NCBI GenBank assembly: GCA_977016875.1
Contig: CDRNST010000226.1
Coordinates: 744,001-808,000 of the forward strand
Reading direction: 5' to 3'
From: Pavona decussata
Taxonomy: Eukaryota
DNA length: 64,000 nt
Shown: one piece after another, positions 23,895 through 36,500 of the stretch
How positions within the stretch are numbered: position 1 is the first letter of the stretch
How the letters are laid out: the number at the start of each line of letters is the position of its first letter
Notes under the pieces: generated by a model
Database searches by the model: none
What the model was told of the DNA's origin: nothing
Seen by the model: only the letters and a program-made list of their open reading frames with translations
Translations under genes and position numbers: made by a program

Positions 23895-24212
23895 AAACAA
23901 ACACAGACGTTTCGGATATATAGCCCTTCTTCAGTGTCGAGAAAACCGTTGAAATACGCTACCGGACACGCGCGCATATGAATAGTAGCGCGCATGCATC
24001 AAAAGCTACAATTAAAATATAACTAAAATTGACGTTAAGTCCATCAGGCTGAACACTTCCAAGTTGGAAAATCAACTTCATTTCACGCTCCTTACGCTGG
24101 AGGTTTGTCCCATTACATAACTGCATACCCCGCACCTGGATATCTGAAATACTGAGACCTGTGGAGTTAAAATGTTGGGCCACAGCTTTCGTTGCCGGAT
24201 TTATACGTTCCA
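23895..24212 (-). mobile_element. Penelope-like retroelement 3' fragment (GIY-YIG C-terminus plus hammerhead-like motif)
   Basis: VAQHFNSTGLSISDIQV..RKEREMKLIFQLGSVQPDGLN is typical of the PLE endonuclease end. It is followed by CTGAAGAAGGG...CCGAAACGTC. Confidence 0.75.
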
Positions 24213-25981
24213 CACAGTTAACCTACTCCGCGAGGCTTCGACCGAACGCGGTGCGTTTTTCTCCCTAACAGAGGTCGCGAAGCTTAAACGTTTAGTACGG
24301 TACTTTAATTAAAACATCGCGAAAAAACACTGTGATCACACGGAAAGAACAGAAAGGGAAACAAAATGAAATTCAAGTATCCGGCAAAGGCCAGCAAGAA
24401 CTGAGGAGAAATTGCCGACAGAACTTAAATAAAAAAGATAGCTTGTCGCCGGGAAAAACAAGGTGATATAGTTTTCTTTATTTTCCTGCTTGACAGCCCT
24501 TGTGTGACCATTGTTGACATTTAACAAATCGACGACAGTTTTCTATGGTCTATACCACAAAATGACGTCACAAAATGTTCTCAAGAACAATTTGTGACGT
24601 CATTTTTATTCAGTTCCCCAGAAAACTACCGTCGATTTGTTTTTTTGTTTTTTGTTTTACAATTACATGGAAAAAGTACGAGCGGAATTGGCTTTATTTT
24701 CCGTTAAGAAAGCGCGTCTACTCTTATAAACAATAGCTACGAGCCAATCAGCGCGCGGGAATTTGGACAGTTACGTTATTGGAAAAAAAGAGTTTTAGGG
24801 AGTGAATAGTGTTCCGTGGGGGTTAATCAAGATAAAATGAGCTTTAAACTCCGTGGAATAAATAACATCTTGCGTGCGTTGAGTTTCACTGTTTTAATTC
24901 AAACTCGCAGTTGTCTCACCCCAAGTTATCTATTTTAGTTATCGCGTTGGTACATTGCTCGTTGCTGTATAGCATACGTAACAGTCGTTTCCTTTCGGTT
25001 GACGTTGGTTTTTATGGGTCCATGCAATAGTTGGTACAGCCTGCTGGCTTGCAGGTGATTACATTGGCTTGTAGTTTGTTACAGTGGATAGTGGCTAGTC
25101 GCAGTTGGTTGCAGTAGATTGTAGCTGGTTATATTGACTGCAAAACCGTATTTTTAGCGTTAATTGGTCTGTGATACGAACGAACGCTATCTTCCAATGA
25201 AAGCTCTGGAGTGAGCCTGTTTGCTGCTCGCTATCTGCCGCTACAATGTATGTGTTCCCGGTTCCTCGGCTACCCGTTGTGAGAGCAGTCACCTTTTCCG
25301 ATTTTGCAGTTCACGCGGCGGGTGAAAAATTTCTAAAAATTCTAAAATTCCCAACAAGCCTTAGCTTGTTGCTCAAAAACTACTGCGCTCAAATTAAAAA
25401 AAAATACATTATGTCACTGTACGAGATATTTACATGGCAGATAGTATCCTCTCTTGGTACATTCTATACTGATGTATACATTTGTCCCTCTTCTCAAGAG
25501 GTTTTCTATTTTCAAATTTAAGACTGTACATCGTGAAATGAAGTGATTAGGAAAACTAAGGAGAAATTAGCTGCAAATAACTATAAGAAGATATTAACGT
25601 CAATATATATTCAACCTGCACAACAGATGCAACCAAACAGCAGGTCACGTTATAATCTGGGCTGGGAGCTACTCCTCCAAATGTTGGGTACAGAGGCGCC
25701 GCCCGACCCCCGAAACTTCACCCATTTTCAGACCACACATATTACCTATATGTAGAGCAGCTTTCATGAAGGAGTGCCTTTATCCCCCCCCCCCCCCCCC
25801 CGGAGAGGCTAAGTTCCACTCTCAATAACCTATTGGATCTCTCTGTAGTTATATGTATCTAAGTAACGCAAAGAAGTACATTCTATCGGTTTCAGTCCTC
25901 TGTTATTGCTTCAACTCCTTGGCTTTTGCTAGAAAGTTCCACAAATGAGGATTTTCTTACTGTATCCTAGGAGTGCACCGT

Positions 25982-27019
25982 TCAAACCGAAGCTGGAACT
26001 GGAATCGTGGGTTTTACCCCGTGTGCGTTCGCAAGAAATTTGGAACAACGAAATCTCAGATTGACAAAGCAGGCCAGAACCGCCCTACGATACTTTGGCA
26101 ATCTCCAAGCATAAACAAATGGATTCATGGCAGAGTTCAGGAAAAGGAACCGTGAAAAAACAATCTCGAGTTTCCTGAAAACCAAGGATCGTGCACACGG
26201 CTCGCAGAAGTGCAGCACATGTAACGCAATAAATTGGGGCACAAATGTCACGTAAAATAACGACAACACAATCAAAATTGTCACGACCATTTTTCGCTCT
26301 CGATCCAAAACTTGCTTGCTTCTCATCTCCGAGGTGATTCCAGCTTCTTTCAATTCCCGTCTTCTTTCTCCCAACGCTCGGAAAACTTTAAAGTACATAA
26401 CAGTTAGTACCAGGAGCGGAATCGCAGCGTGCAGGTGAGCAAATGTAATCGCTAGTATTTTTTCTGGGATTTTTGTGAGCGGGATAAAGCATATTGCCAA
26501 AGAAGCTGACCACATCATGGCGATGAAAGTCTTGACTCTTGTCTTTGTTACCGTGGATTTGTATTTCAAGGGATGCATCACAGCTATGTATCGATCGTAC
26601 GACAAAGCAATGATCGTTCCGCTGCTCACAAGCAACGACAAAGCGAGTACCAGGCGAACGATCGGATCCAGTTCAGCAGGCACTGGCAAATTTTGATAGC
26701 GGTAAACATCCTTTAATCCAACGAGATTACCAGCTATTAAACCCACCATCAAGTCCGAAACGCAGAGGTTAGCGATCAGCAAAGACGGGGGTGTTTGGAG
26801 AAGGCGGCGAGCGTCTCTGAAAATTGTCAACAACAAAACTGAGTTTCCCGCTACAGTGACAGCTGCGAGCGTGAAACCAACAATAGTAAGACTCAGGAAG
26901 AGCGCAGGATCGTTTATCGTCAAGGAACTGATGACTGTTGGCCCAAAAAACGCAGATTCTTCTTGGGAATCTTCTGTTAGGTTTGCGCCATCTCTTGTTC
27001 GAGCGGGTGTCTGCTCCAT
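25982..27019 (-). CDS. Class A GPCR, intronless CDS, tandem paralogue of 22362..23357
   Basis: Same motifs (GN, LCVSD, SYDRY, NSAMNPFVY). Long identical stretches with the neighbour, e.g. SSGTIIALSYDRY and STVTKTRVK. Confidence 0.93.
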   Translation of the reverse strand: MEQTPARTRDGANLTEDSQEESAFFGPTVISSLTINDPALFLSLTIVGFTLAAVTVAGNSVLLLTIFRDARRLLQTPPSLLIANLCVSDLMVGLIAGNLVGLKDVYRYQNLPVPAELDPIVRLVLALSLLVSSGTIIALSYDRYIAVMHPLKYKSTVTKTRVKTFIAMMWSASLAICFIPLTKIPEKILAITFAHLHAAIPLLVLTVMYFKVFRALGERRRELKEAGITSEMRSKQVLDRERKMVVTILIVLSLFYVTFVPQFIALHVLHFCEPCARSLVFRKLEIVFSRFLFLNSAMNPFVYAWRLPKYRRAVLACFVNLRFRCSKFLANAHGVKPTIPVPASV

Positions 27020-27778
27020 TTTTAATTTCCCCTAAATCAAAACAAAGGTGTTAATAGGTGTTAAATCAAAACAATTTATGCTGTTCTCGAACGTACATCG
27101 CAGACTTTGGTAAATCACACATGTACAGTTACGCTTACCTTTTTAGATAAATAAGGCTTGTCCGTGTCTGGCTAGCTATAGCAAGATGTTGTCTCTTTAG
27201 TGTACACACTCAATGACCTCATTCTTTTATAGTGCGTTTTGATTTTCCCAGAAATAAGACAGGAAGTAACTTGTCACTTTTGAAGTCATCACCGTAATGT
27301 AATTTTAATTTCCTCCAACGCTAGTTGTCGCGGGTTAAATCAACAAAAAGCACACCTTGTTAGTAACTTCAATAATACTGCTTCCGAACCGGGCATCCGA
27401 AATCTTATGATCAAGTGTTTTCGTAAAGGACAATGGCAGTTTTGGTTTTTCAAATGTATTTCAATGAAAGGAGGGTCAACCCGTTTTGTCTTGCAATAGA
27501 CTTCCGGTTGAAACGCACTGAAACTCGTATTGTTTCAAAATAGTCCGAATGAGACAAGAACTTAAAAATGCCCTTTATATTATGAAAGCACGAAGCACCT
27601 TCTTCAGAAGAAATATATAACGAATTGATCTAGGCCGTTAAGTTTTTTTCTGATCCGTAAACAAATTTCGCTCACCCGTATCGGAACGGCAATTCACTTG
27701 AAGAGCTGTAGGTTGTTCAGACATCGGCTTTATATATCTATACGGAAATGAATTGCCTTTAATAGAAAATGAAAGCTT

Positions 27779-28950
27779 TTTTACATGGAACCAAAATATT
27801 TTCAAGGCAGTTTGCTTCAAATGACATGAAGCACCAAGGAATGATGCCATCCACAAAATTAGTTTTTAAAATTAAAAAATAAGAATTAGTGATAAGATCA
27901 GTCAGTGCCACTGATCACGAGTTGGCGTGTTGTATGTGACATTGAAATTAGATACCTCAAGAGTGGTGTATTACTTGCTTTTTCAGCTGTTCGTACGATG
28001 AATGCGTGATTTTAATCTGCAGGGTCATTTCGGCAAGTTTTGCGGGGTTTTAACCGCATTCGATCATATTAAACTGAAATCACGAAATGGAACAGATCAG
28101 TTACACAAGTTTTCCTTTTAGCGCAAGTGCAATAGAAAATCAGTCGTTTGGGATCTGTTCGTTTCTCTGCATGTTTATTCTAGCTGTAGTTCCCAACGTG
28201 AGACAAACAATAAAATAAAAACAGCGAGATTAAAGTAGCTTTCACTTTATAACCACTACGTTTGATTACAGCATGTTTTCAGCGACGTGACCGTAATATT
28301 ACCCTGGGTTCCAGAGGCTTTTTATGCGCGGTTTGCCGGTTTCCGGTTTCGAGTCACCGCTCGTGTCTTTGGCCTTCGGCCGCAACTGATGACAACAAAG
28401 CTCGTCGCACGCGAGAAAAAAACCTCTCGTATATGCAAATTTTACATGGAAACACAATATTTTCAAGGCAGTTTGCTTCAGATGACATGAAGCACCAAGG
28501 AATGATGCCATCCACAAAATTAGGTTAATTAAAAAATAAGAATTCGTGATCAGATTATCAGTGCCACTGATCACGAATTGGCGTGTTGTATGTGACATTG
28601 AAATTAGATACCTCAAGAGTGGTGTGTTACTTGCTTTTAATTTTTCAGCTGTTCGTATGGTAAATGCGTGATTTTAATCTCGGCAGGGTCATTTCGGCAA
28701 GTTTTGCAGGGTGTTATCCGCATTCGATCACAACTGAAATCACGAAATGGAACAGATCAGTTACAAAAGTTTTCCTTTTAGTGCAAGTGCAATAGATAAT
28801 CAGTCGTTTGGGATCTGTTCGTTTCTCTATGTTTATTCTAGCTGTGTAGTTCCCAACGTGAGAGAAAAAATAAAAACTGCGAGATGAAAGTAGCTTTCAC
28901 TCTACAACCACTACTTTTGATTACAGCATATTTTTAGCGACGCGACCGTA
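27779..28950. repeat. Direct duplication of ~515 bp (27779-28295 and 28439-28950) separated by a short MITE-like piece
   Basis: Both copies run from TTTACATGGAA..ATATTTTCAAGGCAG to CAGCAT..AGCGACG.GACCGTA with scattered differences. Confidence 0.9.
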
Positions 28951-30570
28951 TATACAAATTAAATGGAAATTTTGTATGTGAGGTCGTACAGGTAAAAGGC
29001 GTTGATATCCGAGGGAAAAGGAATGACTGTGAGAAAACGTGTCACATGGCACAATATTAAAGCAAACCGAAAGTCAACGTTGTAATTGTATTAAAATACA
29101 CTAATGGAATTGTTATTAGAATGTGTGCTTTTTCCTTTCGTGGGCGAGAAAGACATGCATTACAACCACTGCGTGCACTGATAGTGGGGTGGGTTTTCCC
29201 CGTTTTGAGCCACAACGTCCAATTTTAGACAACAGCGGTAAAAATCTATCCAGTCAAAATCAAGATATCATCTCAGGCTGAAAATATTTTTGGGAATATT
29301 CTTAGTTAATGGACGACGCACGCACGCACGCACTGTATATTCTGCAACGCGACATAAATTTCACTGATTCTGTAAATGCAGTGGAGTATTGATTCACATG
29401 AAACATCTCGTAGTTGCTATAAGAATGACACAGCTTTTGGATTTCATTTTGGTGCTCAAAAAAGGGCTCTTTTGAGACTTGGTATTGTTCACTTTCAACG
29501 ACAGGGCGTTCAAAACCCTGAAAACCGTACAGGGCCAAAGCTTCTCAAATATAAAACCATCATTGTAGTGTTAGGGTAACTACAGCGCTGCTGAAAAATT
29601 TTAGTCTCCTTCATATCTCCAAAATCTTTCTTGCATTACGATTTGAGCAAAAAAATATTCGTGAGTCGACGGATTTGACTAATTTGACGGAAAAGTGGCT
29701 AAATATACCCCTGACTTATTCATTCTCATCTTGTACTATTTTCAACTTTACAGGGGGCAAACTCCAAACGCATGTGAATACAAAGCTCCTTTGGTTTAGA
29801 GCAACAAAAAAGTTCAACACGCTTTGAACACATCATTTATTGGCAACAAATTTGATTTACTATCACCTACCCCGGCTAGATATTAATATGCTAATAATGC
29901 AAATTGAGGAAGATCATCATTTAACAATTTAAATTTCGTACTGCTTGAAGAGCAAGAGAAAAATGACTTTTGAACAACCAAAATAAATTTGGTGTCTTCA
30001 AGGAATTCTAAGTTTCCAAAATACAGGGTTTATTCTAGAAGTTGGCGTTGAAGAGATTTTAGAGGCCCTTTTCTCACGAAGCCCAGAAATTTTAGTGTAA
30101 AATATGAAACTTTCAAAAAGCCAATTTGATGGCAGATAAAATGTTTAGCGTATTTTTTCAGGTGTGAACGACTTCAGATTAACGCAATAGAACAGTCTTC
30201 CTTCGGGATATTCGTTGTTCACGTTTGAGGCACTTGTACAAATATTATCAGCAAGGATATATTTACTCCAGATAACCCCACAGTGTGGGGGTGGTGGGGG
30301 TTTGCACCGGGCAGCTTAATAACATAGATGTCTTGAGATGTCACTGAAAGACACAGCTCACGCCCCAATAGAATAGTAGAACGATATTTCAGCCTCCGAA
30401 TCACGGACCAGTACTTGGAATTTCAAGCGCAAAACTTTACGCTTTATATCATTTCCATAGACAGCGTTGACAAGTCACTTTCTATCGAATTGTGGAGTCC
30501 TTTTTTCAGGTCCTTGCCAGGGTAATTTCAAGCGATCAATTTTGTTCCTTGCCAGGGTAGTGTGAAGTAT

Positions 30571-33500
30571 TTATTTGTACTGAACTGTGGTCCAACCATC
30601 CGGATCAGATTGCTCCGCGGGGGGTCGCTCCCGACCACGGCGGGAAGCAGACCAGGATTTCCCTGCAATACAAAGCAAAAGAGGAACCTGGAATAAGATG
30701 CCGAAATTAAGTAACATTACGGAGAACCTAGTGCCGGACACCTTTCCGAAACAGGGAGACAGTCGTTATCTAAGCAAAGAAAGAAATCTACATTCGCCCT
30801 GAAAGCTAGGGCAAAGGATGTCCATTAAATCAAGTATTTAACTGCATTCAACGTAGAAAGAACGCACTTCTAATACAGATTGGAGTCGAGGTTGTATATG
30901 ACAACAACGTTGATTGAATGAATGGATCTTGGGACGCGTATCTGGTATACCCACAGACTTTGCAGGGGCTGATGACATCATCACCAACTTGACAAAGGAG
31001 AGAGAGCTTGGTGACATCAAACGCACTCCCCAGTCTTTGATTATTACTAGTAAATAGACCCTATATTAAAAAAAATTCAGTTTTTGTAACAGTCCCCAAA
31101 CACTGGTTTCGCTACGAATGTAGAACAGTACACTATACTTTTTATCCCACCCTCCACCCTCCCCTCCCGCCTTGCTTTTCTGTAATGGCGACGGCTACGT
31201 GTGCCGTACGCTTTAAGCCAAACAACAAACCTTCAGTGCGTGCAGGTGGGGGTTCCCGCCTCCACTGGTCACGGCCTGGCTCGTCCCCTCCTTTTCTCCA
31301 TCCATCACGCTCACGATCACCGCCACGATCGTCTGCTCGCTCACTCCTCCAGCCAGAGCGATCACGGTCATCGCGGTAACGATCGTCACGATCACGCTCA
31401 CCTCTAAAGCGATCACCATCGCGGTCTCCACGGTAACGATCCTCGCGTTCCCGATCTCCGCGATCACGATCTCCACCGCGCCACCCTTCTCCTGGCGGAC
31501 GGTCACGCTCATCCCGGTCACGCCTTCCCCAACCACTTGGCCTGTCACGGTCGTCACGCCCACGATCATCACGACCACTTCCCCGCCAAGAGCTTTGTGG
31601 AGGACGGTCACGTTCGTCACGATCACGATCACGATCACGGTCACGCCATGCGCCTTGCGGAGGACGATCTCGGTCGTCTCTCCTCCAACCACCACCACCA
31701 CGATCATCCATTCTTCCACGATCATCCATTCTTCTATCATCCATCCGTCCACGATCGTCCATTCTACGATCATCCATTCTACGATCGTCCATTCTGCGAT
31801 CATCCATTCTTCCACGGTCGTCCATTTGTCCACGATCATCCATTCTACCACGGTCATCCATTCTTCCACGATCATCCATTCTACCACGATCATCCATTCT
31901 ACCACGATCACCCAGTCTTCCACGATCATCCATTCTACCACGCTCCTCCATTCTGCCACGGTCCATATCTTAAGAAACCAAAGAAATACGAAATTTAGCA
32001 CCTGGTCATGGATAATGAAAGCGCTGTTTTGTTTTGTTTTTTTGTTGTTGTTGTTTTGTTTATGTGTTGTCTCACTGTCAAAGTGTTTTTAAAGGAAAAA
32101 TTCAGAATATATTTTGAGAATCGTAACCCCAAAAGCTCTTCGCTTACCGCGTCTTGGGGGTCCATCTCTGTCACCAGTCCTCCTCCAGGAAAATCCCTCG
32201 TCACGAGGCCCTTCTCTGTCACGCTCATCTCGTCTCCAGGCTCCACCTGTGGAATAAAGTTGAGTAAACGTTTTGTATTTGACGGCTTTTTTTTTTTTTG
32301 CCTTAATTGAGGGCAGCCCTGCCGACTCCTATCGACAATTTGTTCTGTGCAAATACCTTGATATAACCTATTCTAAGCGTAATAGTTGCAGTGTGGTCTT
32401 TCAATCGAGAGTCGAAGAACCAAAACAGTAATCCATATGACCAATTAAACCATGAAAACAACACAACAGAACAATCAGCACGTCAAACCGCCAAAGCGTG
32501 TGGTCCTCTTGTATTCATTGATTACCGTTATAATTATTTCAATTTACCACTTGGGACACTTGCTTCATTTAAGATTTTGGAGTTGAAGTAAGGACGCTTA
32601 TAAGGGACTAGTTGGTGGGGAAGAAGGAGGGGGGAGGGGGTGTGATGAGAGCGAGAAAGCAGTCTGTGGGCATCATCTTAAAGCGTAGCCTCCCACGCAG
32701 TCGTTTTTAGGGGACTCGTATTGCCTCCTCCCCACAAACGCCTGCTTACCCAAGCGCCACATTCCTTTCCCATTGTTTTACTCCCCAAGCACCCTAGCCA
32801 ATCACCATCGAGGCATTGTCCAATGATATCGAATCAAATTCCTGGTTACAACGGCCGCTTCCGTTTCCCGCGAGCTTTGTACAGTCCCTGGTACAGTCTT
32901 GAGAGACGCGGGAGTTAAGTTAGAATGTACTTATATTTTTTCACTTCTGGAATGGCTGGTTATGGCTGAAACGTCAAAACAAATATCGAGTGTGAATAAA
33001 AGCGCTTCTTGTGCGACGTTTTGACACCGTTAACTGTTGGAAGAGTCAAAATCTTCGGGAAAGTGTAGTCGATCTTTCCCGCCTGATCGAGTTGACAGTG
33101 GATGAAGATATCACCTCTTACGCTACTCTACGTTACTCTGGAGCAGATTTGTTCGTTTGGACGAAGTGCTTCGAGAGACTAACTCGATTCAAGGGAAGAT
33201 CTGCAGTAGTTATCAGTCCATTGAAGACTATTAAACGGAAAGTTAAACGACAAAGAGCCGATCAACTTGTGGTCCTTGTGGAAAATGTCAGCTAATGTCG
33301 TACATTCTCCCGAACAAATTGCAATAATAAAGCGAGTTTCTACTGCAAAATCTTTAAAGTTTACCGACATAAAAACAATCGGGTAATATTTCGGTTTCCT
33401 CCACACCGACAAGGTCGACAAGATTGAAGGCAAAGCATTAAATATTAAAGCGACTTTGCGTAACCATTCGGCAAATTGACGAAAATATCGCTATTTCCCG

Positions 33501-36500
33501 TCACGAATTCTAATTCTTTGATTGCAGTCCGTTGATAGACATTTAAACTAGAAATTTTGAACGTAGGGCACACAATACTCAAAGCTCGGTAAAGTTCTGT
33601 CTCTGCCGTGATGTTTTTACTGTTCGAGACCGCGAGAGGCGTTCTGAGGTCAAGGTCAACCTTCCAGATTTTAGAAGGTTCGCTGTGATTGGCTAAGCGG
33701 CGGAAAGGAATGTGGCGCTTGGGTAAGCAGGCGTTTGTGGGGAGAAGGTAATTCGAGTCCCCTAAAAACGACTGCGTGGGAAGCTACTTAAAGCGTAGCC
33801 AATCAAAATAATGCCATCGTGAAGTTCCATGATAATTTTTGCATTTTTCTCCCGAATTCAACTCGAGTCGTTTTGGAAATAAGAGTGACTAACCTGGTGG
33901 TGCGTCACGTGAGCGATCATCGCGGGCACGATCATCCCGAAAATCATCGCCACCACCGCGCCGCCATCCACCACCAGACTCGCGATCACGCGGCGGCATA
34001 TCAGACTCCTGGTCACGCTCACGGGGCGGTTCGTCACGGCGCCATCCTCCCGATCTGTCACGGTCATCACGTCTCATTGGGGGACCACCCCTGGGCTCAT
34101 CTCTCCATTCTGAAACAGACATGGAACTTGAGTAATCAAATATTGGATCCTCATCATAATAGCCATTTTCTTTTCTTTTTTTTTTTTGTTTTTTTTTTGC
34201 ATTGTCCGTAGACAAACTTTCCGTCCAGACAAAAACGGCGCGCTGCGTGATCAGCCCGATGGTTGTTTTCTGGAAACCAAACTCTGGCAGATAATTGGAT
34301 GCCACACGGTTGATGATAATGCTATACTGCATAAGTAAGTCCCGTAAAGCACAGTAAAAGTAAGCTCTCAAGTTTTGTTGCGTCTCATTTCTGTGGGACT
34401 TGCTCCCTCCATTAAATGGCCCTGTTCCTAACGCTAGAATAACGATAACACAGAAGGCACTTATCGGAGGTTTCAAGAGTTGAGCGCTAAAACAGGTAAG
34501 CTCTCCGTTTCTCATTCCTCATGTCTCTGTGGGGTGTCCCCAGAATGCCCCTATTACTGGCATAACAATGTCCTACGAAGCAATCTTATCACGGTTTCAA
34601 AAGCTCAGTACCAAAACGTGAGGGGCGACCTCCACTGTTTGCGACGTTTTACATGGTTGGTGGAGAGGAGAAATAAACGAACAACAGAACAATGCTCCCA
34701 AGCCTAAAATCAATGCAGCTGCAGGTTATAAGGGTCCAGTGAAAAGAGAGCTTTTGATTGGCAACCACCATTCTCATCCCTCATGCCTCTATGGGTTAGT
34801 TCCCATCAGCATTTGTCCCCGTCAGTAACATAACAATATTCCATATGGCTTTCTTATAAGTGTTTCAAGAGTGCCGAAATAAGTGAGCTCTCACCTCTCT
34901 CATCCCTCATTTCTCTGCGGGGTGGTGGTCCCCACCTGTCCCTGTCACCGTCACGGTACCCTGGTCCATCGGTTCCGCGATCTCTAGCACGTGAAGCACT
35001 CTCCCTCTCCTCTATTTCCTTCTCTCTCTCTTTCCGTTTCCGCTCCATCTCATCAAGTTTGGCTATTTTCTCCTGGTACTCTTGATCCTTCTTCTCTTTC
35101 TCCTTTCGCGCAGCCTCTTCCGCCTCTTCACGCTCTGAAAAAATAATAAAACATACCATTCAGGATGCGTTCGATTGACGCTATTCCGGAATAGGACTAC
35201 ATACAGTACCGCCTGAAACTATTGGACCACTTGCCGCGATTTTGCCTCGGTCGAGCCGCGGTTTTGTGATGCGGTTTCACCTCGGCAAAACCCCGTCTAA
35301 CCGCAACGAAAACCCCGGTTTAGCCTAGGTTTTTTCCGGTCGACTTAAGCCGCAGTGAAGCGCAGGACGCGATTGGGTTTGAATAGGCTATTGTTCGCTT
35401 TGTTTTCACCTTCGAAGACAATAAGCGAAATGTCGGATAAATTTCACGGAAGCGGTACTGTACAATCATTTGAAGAAATCCCTCAAAGAGGTTTTTGGAG
35501 TTACTGGAATACAAAATCGCTCTTAAATTATCACGTGCCAGCGAAAGTTTGCAGAAATGTCTTCCCAAATTTATTTAAAATAGAAATCTAACAGCTACTT
35601 CGCTTATTCTTACATTTCCAGAATACGGTCAATCGAACGCAACCTTGATCTTATGATTTAAGAAGTCAGCATGATCACCGGGCGCAGAGGACTCTAACGA
35701 TAATTCCCGCTAAATTAACCAAGATAATGCACCGCAAATCAAGTTTATCAATTCAAATACATAAAGTTGATCTTATTACGCGTCCGTTGGAAGATCATGC
35801 CAATGGTCGCCTGCGAGGAAACGATCATCCCCCGAACGACAACGTCGGAAAGCGAAGCTTTGAAACGAGGCACGAAATGCCGAAAGAAAAGAAAGATTAC
35901 TTTAACCGTTAGCTATTGGTGATACGCCTGCAGTCACTGGTGTATGCGGCTTTTGTCTTGCAGATAATCTTTCAACAGCTGCGGTCGAAGGCAAGCAATA
36001 ATATCTCATGACGCTTTGGTCGGTCATGTTAATGCATTTTAAAAAATCCACAAACTCGATTTGTGTTGCAATTTTCCGTTAATTTAGTCGGAATTGTGGC
36101 CCTTCTCTGTGCTCTGTGCATGACGGAGCATTTAAGTTGCATTTAAATATTGTTCCGCTGTTGATTGCAAGACTGGAACTACTCTATAAAGTAGAGAGCC
36201 AAAGCTAGTCTTCATTTCGTACCTCTCTTCTCCTTTTCCTCCCTTTCTTTTCTTTCTCTTTCCTCCTTTTCTATCCTTCGTTGCACCTTCCTCTCCAAAA
36301 TGCGCTCTCGGCGTCGTTCTTCCATGCGCTTCTTCCGAGCTTCATCTAAACGCTTTTGGAATTCCTTCAATTTCTCCTGGAAAAAAAATTTAACAGCCAA
36401 GTACCTTGTAAGTTTTTTTGCAGTTTATACGCGCGTTTACAAAGGCTATTTGCACTGTTCTTACCTCGTGAGCTGCTTGGCGAGCCTTGGTGAGATTGTC

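Noticed and set aside
30958-30970. 12-bp TTTGCAGGGGCT shared with 38944
   Set aside because: No extended similarity; compatible with chance.
31213-32092. His-rich (HDHPFF), Thr/Ile-rich and EWMIV repeat ORFs
   Set aside because: Alternative frames of the eIF3a MDDRGR minisatellite.
34515-34660. H/ACA-like fold with ATAAGA and ACA
   Set aside because: Better explained as a decayed duplicate of the neighbouring exon end.
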